Assembly: GCA_030265395.1 (NCBI GenBank)
Contig: JARFYF010000002.1
Span: forward strand, 48,556,804 to 48,620,803
From: Rhina ancylostomus
Lineage: Eukaryota
Direction: 5' to 3'
Length of the DNA: 64,000 nt
Position numbers and translations under genes: made by a program
Notes under the pieces: model-generated
The model's database searches: none
What the model was told of the DNA's origin: nothing
The model's input: the letters and a program-made list of their open reading frames with translations, nothing else
Part shown: in pieces, positions 26,601-38,600 of the stretch
How the letters are laid out: each line of letters begins with the position of its first letter
Numbering within the stretch: the first letter of the stretch is position 1

Positions 26601-29600
26601 ACTTATCAGTGCTCAATTGATGTACAGCTCGTACATACGAATGAGCATTTGAGAGACCAGCGGGATGTTTTTACTTGCTGCTGCAGGCATCTTCTGCGGT
26701 GTGGAAACTCGACCTGTGACTTGCAAATTATTTGGGTTATGAACAGTTCTCAGGAACAGATCTCTGCCTTAATGTTGCAGAGATCCTGTATATCAATTGA
26801 ATTGTCATTTGTGTCATCAATGCAATTTCTAATTACATGTTTTTAAAACAAAGCTGGGTTGAATTTAAGATGTTTACTCTTTCTCCCCCACACACCCCCT
26901 AAAAGCAGCACTTTTAACTGATAATGGATTAAGTGTTCTAAGCATGTGCAATGTGCACTATTTCCATGGGTTCATTCATGGTACTTAATGGTACTATCAT
27001 GTCTAAATGATAGCTGTTCACTCAAGCCATGGTTTAAATGTATGCCTTCTTCCCTTGCCAACAGGGAAAACCAGGGGTGATGGGTGCTGAAAGTTCAGAA
27101 AAGTGTTATTTTTGAAGCAAAGGGAAAAGTTATTTTTCTGTGCTTTGTTAACAATTGGAAAACATCCATGTTCTACTGCTTAGTATCTGATAGAAATGGA
27201 AAAGACTGAAGTGAAGTAGTCAAAAGTCCCTCTTTGTACTGAAATAAAATCAGATGCTGGAAGTACTCAGCAGGTCAGACTGTATTAGGTTGCACTGTAC
27301 TGCTGCCGCAAAACAACAGATTTCACGACCTGTGTCAGCGATGATGAACCTGATTCTGTTACTGATCAGTCACCTTTGATCAGAACCTATGTTCTTCCTT
27401 CTACGTAATTCGAATGAACTTTGAGACCAAACAAAGTCTTTCAAAGGAAGATAATTCTGAAAGAAGGAAGGGGGTAAAAGACTCCTGTATGGGGACTGTG
27501 GGTGATATCTCGGGGCTGATGTGGAGGGTTTGGACCCAGAAAAAACAAAAGCATTAGCGAGTGAAAGAATACACTTGCAACGTGACCAGTGAAATAACAA
27601 ACCCATCCAATGATGTAGGTGATACAATAACAAATGTAAAAATGGTATGAAAGATTATTTCATTATCAAATTTAAAACTTTTGACACTTTAACTTTGGTA
27701 CTTCAGATGGACGTGGAGCTGGAAAAAGATTACTGTTTGGTAAAAAGTTAGCTTTCACTATTATGTAGTGTTTCAATATGATTGTAAACTTATTGTTTAT
27801 CTAGATACATTTTGATGGATGGAACCATGATTATGATTACTGGATTGATGCTGACAGTCCTGATATCCATCCTGCAGGCTGGTGTGCTAAAACTGGTCAC
27901 CCTCTTCAGCCACCTATCAGTAAGTTTCATCTATTAAATCTTCCTAGTAAGGATCATATTCGTCTTATTAGAAGAAGCTTGGAGAAATAATGATTTTCCT
28001 TCAAATACTACTGTTTGTTAATCAATACAGCTGTCATTTGCACAACTACGGCTTGTGCCCGTGAAGATCTTTAAAATTGTTTTCATATATACAGACTATG
28101 CTAGTGACCTTTTTGTTAGTCTTACATGAGATGTCCAGGTGAAAATGTATAGAATGTTCAAAAGCCTCCATTTCACTTGTATTGTCTTTTAAACAATAAC
28201 ATTAATAAAATTCCAACACTTGGGGGAAATGCAGAATACAGTCTGCACTGACTGGCTCCTGCAAACAAAGACTAGATGTAATTAATATTCAAAAGTTATA
28301 GCCCAGTGATAACATTAGTACCTGACTTATTTTTAAGTGCTGGAGGCCTTCACAATGGGATTCCTATTAGCAGATCCCAGGTAGAAAGTGCAGACTTCCA
28401 AAGAGAAGTCTTGAAGTTTAGCTTAACACCAGCTTCTCAAGAGTGCAACCCCAGGAGGAACCAGTAGTCTCCTCCAACCTTAATTCCAACATTCCCTTAC
28501 ACCATGCTACCCCTTCAAACCTTTTGATGGCATCGTAGAAGGTAGAAGCATTACTGGGTAATGCTTAATTACTAAAGTAATTAGGGGTATCCTCCTCATG
28601 ATGCTGTTATCCCCATATTTTCTATGTGTAAGAAAATGCAACATAATGTTCTCCAGAAAAAATATTATCCAAGATAATTAACTATACTTCAGTCATCTAT
28701 GTACTGATCTTTATCAAGTACCACACGAGTTTTTCCAAAGCTTGATCATCTTCACAAATTTGAGGAGATTAAGTATAGTTATGATACTAGAACTGCTTCA
28801 TTGTGAAGCAAGATGACAAGAAGATGATAAGAAACTGTCAAAAGGATATGCTCTACAATTTTTGCAATCTTACACATGCATTTACGGTCAAAATTTCAAA
28901 ACTCTGAAGAAGGAGCTTGTATATCTGTACATTGAACAGAGTGAAAGGTTATGAGAGTGTCAAAGGATCTGAGCACAATCCCAAAATTGGATTATTACCA
29001 ACCATCACCTTTCAGGTATCGAGACTTATTTAAATACCTCATCCCAGTAATGATAGGTGGGGTTTAGGAGCCCATGGTAGAAGACGTAGAAACCACTAAT
29101 GCACGCATAAATGTCCTGCCAAACTAATTGATTTCAGCTGACAGATTTTGTGAAAGTGGATGACAAAAACAAATCACATGCTTCTTCCCAAAAGTCAGTA
29201 ATTAAGTGATGGAAATATAATATTTGAACTGCATGTAATTTTGGATTCAGAATAGTCTTCTCCATAGTAGATGGAGGGTAGTGGTGAAGGATGTTACTCT
29301 GATTTGAAGGTTTGTGACCAGTGGTCTTCCAGAGGAATCTGTGCTGGGGCTTCTGTTGTTTGATATAATAAATAACATGGATAAAATGTAGATAGGTGGG
29401 TAAGTAAGTTTGTAGACAAAGATTGGTGGACTTGTGGACAGTGTCAAAGGATACAGCAGAATATAGATCAGTTACAGATATTGGCAGAGAAGTGGCAGAT
29501 GGAGTTTAATCCGAGCAAGTGTGAGGTGCTGCACTTTGGGAGGTCTAATGCTGGGGGGAGTGGTGGGAGCAGATATGATAGTGGTGTTTAAGAATATGTT

Positions 29601-32600
29601 AGATAGACAGTGAATATACAGGGAATGGAGGGATATGGATCACGTACAGACAGAAGAGCATTAGTTTAATTTGGCATTGTGTTTGGCACAGACGTTGTGG
29701 GCTGAAGGACCTGTTCCTGTGCTGTACTATTCGAGATATTCCATACTAGACTTTCTAAAACAAATTAAATTTTATGTCTTCTCAAATAATAAAAATAGGA
29801 CTAGGTGCACCGTGAGTTTTTCATTCAAAGTTAGTAGNNNNNNNNNNNNNNNNNNNNNNNNNNNNNNNNNNNNNNNNNNNNNNNNNNNNNNNNNNNNNNN
29901 NNNNNNNNNNNNNNNNNNNNNNNNNNNNNNNNNNNNNNNNNNNNNNNNNNNNNNNNNNNNNNNNNNNNNNNNNNNNNNNNNNNNNNNNNNNNNNNNNNNN
30001 NNNNNNNNNNNNNNNNNNNNNNNNNNNNNNNNNNNNNNNNNNNNNNNNNNNNNNNNNNNNNNNNNNNNNNNNNNNNNNNNNNNNNNNNNNNNNNNNNNNN
30101 NNNNNNNNNNNNNNNNNNNNNNNNNNNNNNNNNNNNNNNNNNNNNNNNNNNNNNNNNNNNNNNNNNNNNNNNNNNNNNNNNNNNNNNNNNNNNNNNNNNN
30201 NNNNNNNNNNNNNNNNNNNNNNNNNNNNNNNNNNNNNNNNNNNNNNNNNNNNNNNNNNNNNNNNNNNNNNNNNNNNNNNNNNNNNNNNNNNNNNNNNNNN
30301 NNNNNNNNNNNNNNNNNNNNNNNNNNNNNNNNNNNNNNNNNNNNNNNNNNNNNNNNNNNNNNNNNNNNNNNNNNNNNNNNNNNNNNNNNNNNNNNNNNNN
30401 NNNNNNNNNNNNNNNNNNNNNNNNNNNNNNNNNNNNNNNNNNNNNNNNNNNNNNNNNNNNNNNNNNNNNNNNNNNNNNNNNNNNNNNNNNNNNNNNNNNN
30501 NNNNNNNNNNNACCTTTTAAGCGATTTGGTAGTGAAGTAGCCTGGTGCAATGCACTGAGCAGGAACACTGTGAAGTATCATGTCCAAAGTGTGCATCAGC
30601 TAAGCTGAAGGCAGATGTTCTGCGGTTGATGCAGTAGTTTTGAATAATTTCTGTATTACATTAATATGAAACATGGAATTGAGAACTAGCCCTTGTGCTT
30701 TGGATCTTGGCTGTAAGAGGTGCTATTAAGGCTAATAAGTAATGCAAGTGTTCAACATCTGCCACTTATGGAACTATCATTTAATCTGGTAGAATTTGTG
30801 CCCATGTTATGGTGAGGAAGTGGTGGATGTTTGCTAGGGCATACCGTGAAGGGTTGTGGTTTTGGAATCCGGTTCCTCATCAGTCAGGGCATCGAGTATA
30901 GGAGTTGGGATATTTATTAGCAGTTGTACAATATGTTGGTGGGACTGCACTTGGAGTACTGTGTATAGTTTTAGTTGTGCTTTTGTAGGAAAGACATCAT
31001 TAAATGGGAAAGACTGCAGAAAAGTTTTGAGGATGCTGCCAGGACTTGGGCCTGAGTTGTAGGGAGAGGTTGGGTAGACTAGGATTTTATTCCTTGGAAT
31101 GTAAGAGATTGAGGGGTGACCTTGTCACAAAGGGCATAGGTTGGGTAAACGTACAGTCGTTTTCCCAGAGAAGGGGAACTAAAAACTAGAGGGCGTAGGT
31201 TTAAGGTGAGAGGTGAAAGATTTCAAAGGAACCTGAGGGGCAACTTTCTCATACAGAAAGTGGTGCGTATGTGGAATGAGCTGCCAGAGAAAGTAGTTGA
31301 GGCAGGTACAATAGCAACATTTAAAGGACATTTGGATAAGTTCATAGATAGGAGGGGTTTGGAGGGATATGGGACTAGCTCGGTGGACACTATGGCCAAC
31401 ATGGATGAATTGGGCTGAAGAGCCTGTTTCATGCTGTGTTACTCGATGATTCTAAGTGAGGTTACAGACTTAAATCTGTGATTAATGAATGTACTCTCTA
31501 GGAAGAGAGGTTAACCATTGTCTCCGAGGTAAACATGCACTCTAAAATGACGTGTTGAGTGATGACAGTTTGAAACCAAATTAACATTTAGTTGAAGATT
31601 AGTAATTAAGCCATGCAATCTACAATAATCCAGGGTCTTGGTGATTGACTAGATAGTGCAGTTTTACAAATGGGTTCATTAGATTTTTTTCCCCCAGACT
31701 GAATGAGTTCTCCACACTCAGCTTGAGATAACAAAACATGGCAGTGTCTGAACAGAGTGGTACTGACTGGTCAAACAGTGGGAAGTTTAGCAGTATTGTG
31801 CTGCAAGGTTACATTGTCTGACTTGGATGGAGATCTTCAAGTCATCTGAATTTGTTCATTCCCTTCAAAATTTGGCAAATTTATTTTAGATTGTTCCAGC
31901 ATGGATCGAAATGTTACTGGGTAATTGAAGCAGAAATGTCAATGTAATCCACTTAGAATCATTGGCTATTATTCAATCAGGATCAATGTGACAAAGAGAC
32001 TATGACTGGTGAATGGCATGTTTAAAAAAAAATCAATTTTAAATCATTCTTAAGCTGACACGGGATAAGAAATAGAAACATTCTATTAAAGTTATTTATA
32101 TCAGAAATACAAAAAAAATTGATGCTTTTGACGAGACAGGTGCATGGAATAACTTGTAAGCTTTCAGGAAACATCATTTATTTAATTTAGCAATTTAATA
32201 TGCTCTAAAATAAGGTAGTCAATGTGAATTTATGTAAGCTTAGATGTCTGTATTTTTACAAGTCTTGGACATTCATTTGTACATGGAGGATAAATGATTG
32301 AGGAAGAACAAAGGTTATTAATTTTAGTTATTCCTTAGTTCAGCCTACATAATCACAGATCCTAGCATCTGCAGCCTCTTTGTTTCCATCATCAAAGTTC
32401 TTTGTATATCTCGATTCATTGTTACCTCACCATAGAATAGTAGTTACTTTCTAGATTGATTAAGTTCACCTTTCAATAGAACTGAGCTATGCTTCCAGAA
32501 TTGAAATGTGTGGCTGAGTGAATAAGACTTCAAAATCCATAATTTTAGTATGTATTGTCAAACTCTCTTATTTAAAAAAAAATACAGTACCCTAATCCTG

Positions 32601-35600
32601 AACGTAGCATTAAAGTTAGTATAGGGTTTTCCAAGTAACTTGACAAATAAATTAAGTGAGCAGCTGATCCACACAGACCAGTAAGATACTGGATTTAATC
32701 AACAGCTTAAAAGATGGTAGGGGAATCATTAGTGCTGCATTGCCTTCCTGTTGTGTGTGTCTGTATAATATATAAAAAATCCTACCTTTTTGATTTAACC
32801 TGTCTTGTTGGTTTTTATATGTATAGGGAGGGCAAGAAGTCTAGAAACAGAAGTAAATAGATTGTTATCTGGGGAAAGTTTTTTTAGCTTTTACATGAAG
32901 AGGTTTCATCTCAAAGAAGAGTGATAGACATTCTTGTATCCTTCTCAATTCTAACTCATTCAGGATCTAGGCTTTGTGAGCTGTTTAAAGATTTTGATTT
33001 GACACTTTGAGTGCTCACAGAGGAGTGCTCACAGCTCCTGTGACCTCGATTCAGTCCTGAGCTCCAGTGGTGTCTGTGTGGAGTTTGCATGTTCTCCTTT
33101 TGACCAGGTTGATTCCCCCCAAGTGCTTGAGTTTGTTCCTATATCCTAAAGATGTGCGGGTTAATTGGCCACTGTGCATTGTCCCTGGTGTTTGGATGAG
33201 TACTAGAATTTAGGAGGAGTTGATGGGAATGTAGGGAGAAGAGATTAGGAAGTCAAAATTGAAGAGCTAGGATGACCTTCTATGGCAAAATGGAATATGG
33301 TAAATTTGATATGGTTTGCAGAATTAATTATTTGTGTTTTGATGCAAATAGGCCCATTGGATCTGGTGGAAGCTTCAGAACAAGGAGGATGCCCTACTCC
33401 AGGCTGTAAAGGCATCGGCCACATAAAAGGAGTGAAACATTCTGGCCACCACAGGTAAATGAACTAATTACCTGGATGTTAGCTCAGAGCTGTTCTTGGG
33501 AGCTCTCTGCTTAAACTGACTTGCATTTTCTATATTGCAACAGTGACTCTACTTCAAAAAGCACTTGACTGGTGATTAATCACTTTTGGCAACCCAAGGT
33601 TGTGAAAGCTTTTACGTAAATGCAAGTTGTTATGGTGTTTGTTTATATACCATGTTCTATAGGTTTTGAATATATTGTCTAGAGAAAGTGTTGTTTATCA
33701 GTGGCGTACATATATTATGGGTTGGATTGTGCTAGACCAAGCCTTCAGTCCATAATCACCATTAGCAGTCCCTACCTGCCTGCACTTTTCTGGGCTGGTT
33801 CTGCAAGACTTGCCTTGCTGCCTTTTGAGTTTAGCAGCAAGGTCCGATCAATGACTGACTGGGGCTCAAGCAGAGGTGAGGATTGTTTCCTGTCAAACCC
33901 GTGATTGAATTTGATATTCATGGATACGGGGGGGGTCCCCGGATTACAAATGACCTGACTTAAGGAAATTTGACAACGCACATTCTCCAATACATTTTAA
34001 AGCATTTTTCAGGTTTGTCCCCATTTGAATCCCCATTGAAATCAATGGGTCTCGGATTCTTTGCCAGGTCTGTCTAGCACAGGATCTAAGAGGTGACTTC
34101 CCCAATAATGTTTCATAACATACTTTAATGACTGGATATTCCATTAGTTTAGGTAGTGTTAAGTGATTATTCAATGAAATGAAAGAATTATAGCAAGTGT
34201 AGGTAGAGTGATACAATATGGGTAGCTATAGAAAATGGACATTTCTGACTTGTGGACAGTCCTCAGCAATGGAACCTTGCGTAACCTGAGGATTGTCTGT
34301 TTTTGGAAATCAGTAACATTGGTAAAATCACAAAATTATTGGTTATTTTCTTAAAAAATGCAAATAAATACAGGGATCTTTTCCCTTTGCCTCCAAACCT
34401 GCAGGCCTGGAATACTGAAATTCCCCCATTGAATCCCCATTTGAAGATAGTAGGTCTTGGATCCTTTGCCAGTTCTGTCTAACACAGGATCTAAGAAGTG
34501 ATTCCTCAATATTATGTTGGGGAAATCTCAGCAAGATTCTGTAGCACCATTGGATTCCATTGAATTTGAAACTTTTTGTTTACAGCTATCCTTTTTCTGA
34601 AATGGGATTCAATATCATAACATTTGTATTATCAACAGTATGGAGTGATTTGGCTACCTTTTTAATGATTTAAGCCAATGAGGTATCTGTCAGAATTGGT
34701 ATGTTGCTATTTGCCACATTAAGTATAAATTTTAATTCATGTTTCTGAGGAAAATTGTTTGCTATCATTTTGTTATTTTATCATGGTAGGACTTTCTGTA
34801 CCCTTTTTGAGATTGATCATGTGTACATAAGAATAAAAAAGGCAAAAGCCCTAACATGTACAGTATCACTGACATACATGGCTGAAAGAGGATCAAGCTA
34901 ACATTGTGCAAATTTACATCTTGCAGTCTCTGGCTGCCATAATTTTATAAAACTAGAGTTCTGTTCTCCAGTTGTTGGAAATGGTATTGTTACTCAGAAA
35001 TTTCCACACCATTGTTTGTGTATCGAAGCAAGTTCATCACCTCCAAGGGATAAATTACTAATCAGTTTACATTTGAGGGAGAGGTATCTAGCTGAGCTTG
35101 TTCACATTCTTGAGCCTTGATTTTGGATAGTTTGACAATAGGTTGGAAAATAACTGCTTTGTTAGCTTTTCACTTTCAGTGACTTGTATCTGCCTTGGTA
35201 TTAATCTAGAATAAAAGATATATGTAATGCTCATAATAATCATTAGAACAAAATAAACAAGAACAAGAGTGGGCTAATCAGCATAGTTAGCTGCTCCACC
35301 ATTAGTAAGATCATGACTGATCCAGTGGTGGCTGCAATACCATTTCCACATTCTCTTCTCAGACTCTATTCAAAGTATTGCCTCTACTTTGAATATATTC
35401 AGTGACTCAACATCCACAGATCTCCTGGGATAAAGAATGCAAAATAGTCACTCCTCTCTGAGAGAAGGAATTCCTCATCTCTGTCTTGAATGGATGACCC
35501 CTTTATTTTGAAACTCTGCACCCTATTTCTAGATACTGTACTAGGGGAAGTGGCCTCTCAGCATCTACCCTGTTAACCCACCCTAGAATGTCGTATGTAC

Positions 35601-38600
35601 AATAAAATTGCATCTCATTCTTCTAAACTGCAGTTAATATAGGCCCAACTGCCTAACATCTCATCTACTCTCAATCCTTCCATCCCAGAAATCAAACTAG
35701 TGATCCTTCTGTGCACTGCCTCAAATGAAAGCACATACTTCTCTCAATAAGGAGTCTAAAACTGTCTGCTGCACTCCAGGTCCAGCCCCACCAGCACCCT
35801 GTAGAATATGCATCAGTATGTTCTTATTCCACACCCCTTGCAACAAAGACCAACATGGCAGTAGTTGTGTCTATTTGTGTACATTACCTATATGCCAGCC
35901 ATTTTGTATTTCCAGATACTTTTGTGCAGTTTCACTCCATTTTAAATAATAATTTGCTTTCTCACTTTTTTCTTTTCAATTATACTCAATATACTGNNNN
36001 NNNNNNNNNNNNNNNNNNNNNNNNNNNNNNNNNNNNNNNNNNNNNNNNNNNNNNNNNNNNNNNNNNNNNNNNNNNNNNNNNNNNNNNNNNNNNNNNCAAT
36101 ATACTGCATTATACTCCATCTACCAATTTTTTGGCCAACACACTTAACATTCATATAACTTCTTTTTGGGCATTGTGTCCTCACAACTTACTAACGCATC
36201 TATTTTTATATCAAAATAATTGTCCACAGTACACTCAGTCCCTTCACAGTCTTTTAATTGTTATTGTAATTATTATTGTAAATACTTTGAGCCCCTAGCA
36301 CTCCACTAGTTTGTTACTGATTGTGAATCCAAAAATACCCCAATTATTCTGACTGCGTTTTCTATTAGTTAACACCTTCCCTTATTTATGCCAGTATACT
36401 ATCTCCAATCCCACGTGCTCTTGTGCATTAACCTGGGATGTACCATCTTATTCAATGCCTTCTTACCCAAATTCAATACTGTTGGATCCTCAAAGAATTC
36501 TAGCAGATTTATCAAACATGATTTTCCTTTCATAAAACCAGTTGACTCTGCTTGGTTGTCATAAGATTTTGTGAATGTCCTGTTATTATGTCTTCCTATA
36601 ATGAATTCCAGTACATTCCCAATAAGTGATGATAGGCTATCTGGCCAAAGTTGCCTTCTTTCTGTCTCCCTCCATTTTGAATGGTTATGTCACCTTTATG
36701 GTTTTCCAATCCTCTGGGACCTCTCCAGAATCCAGCAATGTTTGATAGCTTACAAGCAACACACATCTCTGCAGGTACTTCCTTTAAGATCCTAAGTCCA
36801 GGAGACTTATCAGACTTTAGTCCAAATAGAATGCCCAGTACTTTTTTTCTCCAGTGATAACAGAGCACTTTAAATTCTCCTACTCTTTAGCCCCTTGATT
36901 ATCCATTAGAGCTGGGATCATTTTGGTCTTTTAAGACTCTCTGGTGTTTCCCATTATTAATTCCCCAGTCTCATCCCCTGAGGGACCAATGTTAACTTTA
37001 TCTACTGTCTTCCTTTTTATATTGCTGCAGAAGCTCTTGCTCTCTGTTTTATATAATGCAGTCATGGTATCCATATTAAAATCAAAACTGGCTGTTAGGT
37101 TATAATAGGTTAATTTCAAAAATTGACCTTTTAGCAGATCAGAAAGTAGAACTGGGCAGATTGGTCACATGCAAGTTGCATACAATGGACAAAACACAAA
37201 CAATCTATTTCAGCTAGGGAGGACTGCGATATTGTGAGGACTAAAATTATTTCTCTTGTGCCAATAAGCTGAAAGTCACAGTTGGGACTCTGCCAGTACT
37301 GCTTTTGGAATGATACTGCTTCAGAGAGTTTTGAGGTTGTGCTAGTTCTTGTGCAGAGAAGGTGAGGTGGAGAGGGGCAGACACCAGATGGCAGTGACCC
37401 ACACTTGTGGTCATCTGGGCTCCACAAAAAATGTTACCTAAAAGCTTCACTCTTACCATTTTTGAAACACCAGGTATTACTAATTATGCCACTCAGCAGT
37501 AAGGTGCCTTAGCCTCATTACTGGATTTCATTATATTTAAGTGCGATTAACCCTTGTTGCTTTAGTGATGATGCCCATTGAGGTTGTGGAAAAATCATGA
37601 GACTGGCTATAAAACATTTGAAACAGCATTAGAGTGGTTTACACNNNNNNNNNNNNNNNNNNNNNNNNNNNNNNNNNNNNNNNNNNNNNNNNNNNNNNNN
37701 NNNNNNNNNNNNNNNNNNNNNNNNNNNNNNNNNNNNNNNNNNNNTGTGTGGGTTTCCTCCAGGTGCTCCAGTTTCCTCCCACGTTCCAAAAGACGGACAG
37801 GTTCGGAGCTGTGGGCATGTTACGTTGGGGCCGGAAGAGTGGCGACACTTGTGGGCTGCCCCCAGCACATTTTCAGTAACACAAAAAGACAAATTTCACA
37901 GTGTGTTTCGATATTGTGCATTAGTCAAACTTAAAGATATCAAAGTGTTACTTTTCGATGTATATGTGTCTAATAAATATCTATATCTATCCACCTATAT
38001 CCAGCCCATATATGATTGAGATCAATAGATTGGATATTGAATGGGGTCTTCCTTGGGATTTTAGGCTTCATTCTACACTATTGTAGAGAAATTGGAGGCA
38101 ATAAAATTGGAGGCAATAATTGTTGTGTTTAGCGCTGACCCCCAGCTGGGATTCCTGCAACAAAAAGCCATAAAGTGACCCAAAATCCAATCTGTGTTCG
38201 AGTGGTTTACACCTAGAAACTTGCTAAAACAGGACCTGTGCAATTCCTACTAGGAGAGAACTCAATTTAGTGCAGCTTTAGACACACCGCTATGCACCAA
38301 CCTGAGAAAGGTGGCAGCCCTTGAAGGTACACTTGATATGGCAGCCACGGAGGCCGCAAGGGGAGGGAGACATCTCCCACAGTCACTCAAAGCAGTGTAC
38401 AAGTGAGATACGCACCTGGGTAGTTCTGTGTGCTATGAATGCCAAGAGATCCAATGGGGCCAACATTAGAGTCTGGTAGGAAATGTCTCCTTTAGGTGTG
38501 GGAATCCCATTGTTTTTTTTAAAAAATAAGCAAATAGATATAATGTCCTCATGAAAAATGCTCAGGTGAGCTACAAACTGAGAAGAATATGCCATTTTGC

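Noticed and set aside
29671-30596. Long ORFs of 210-289 aa here and at 18158-18898
   Set aside because: They are open only because they run through N-gaps
38088-38119. Short tandem duplications (aaattggaggcaata x2; also ~16897-16922 and ~33010-33034)
   Set aside because: Ordinary slippage duplications with no array or spacer structure; not CRISPR-like
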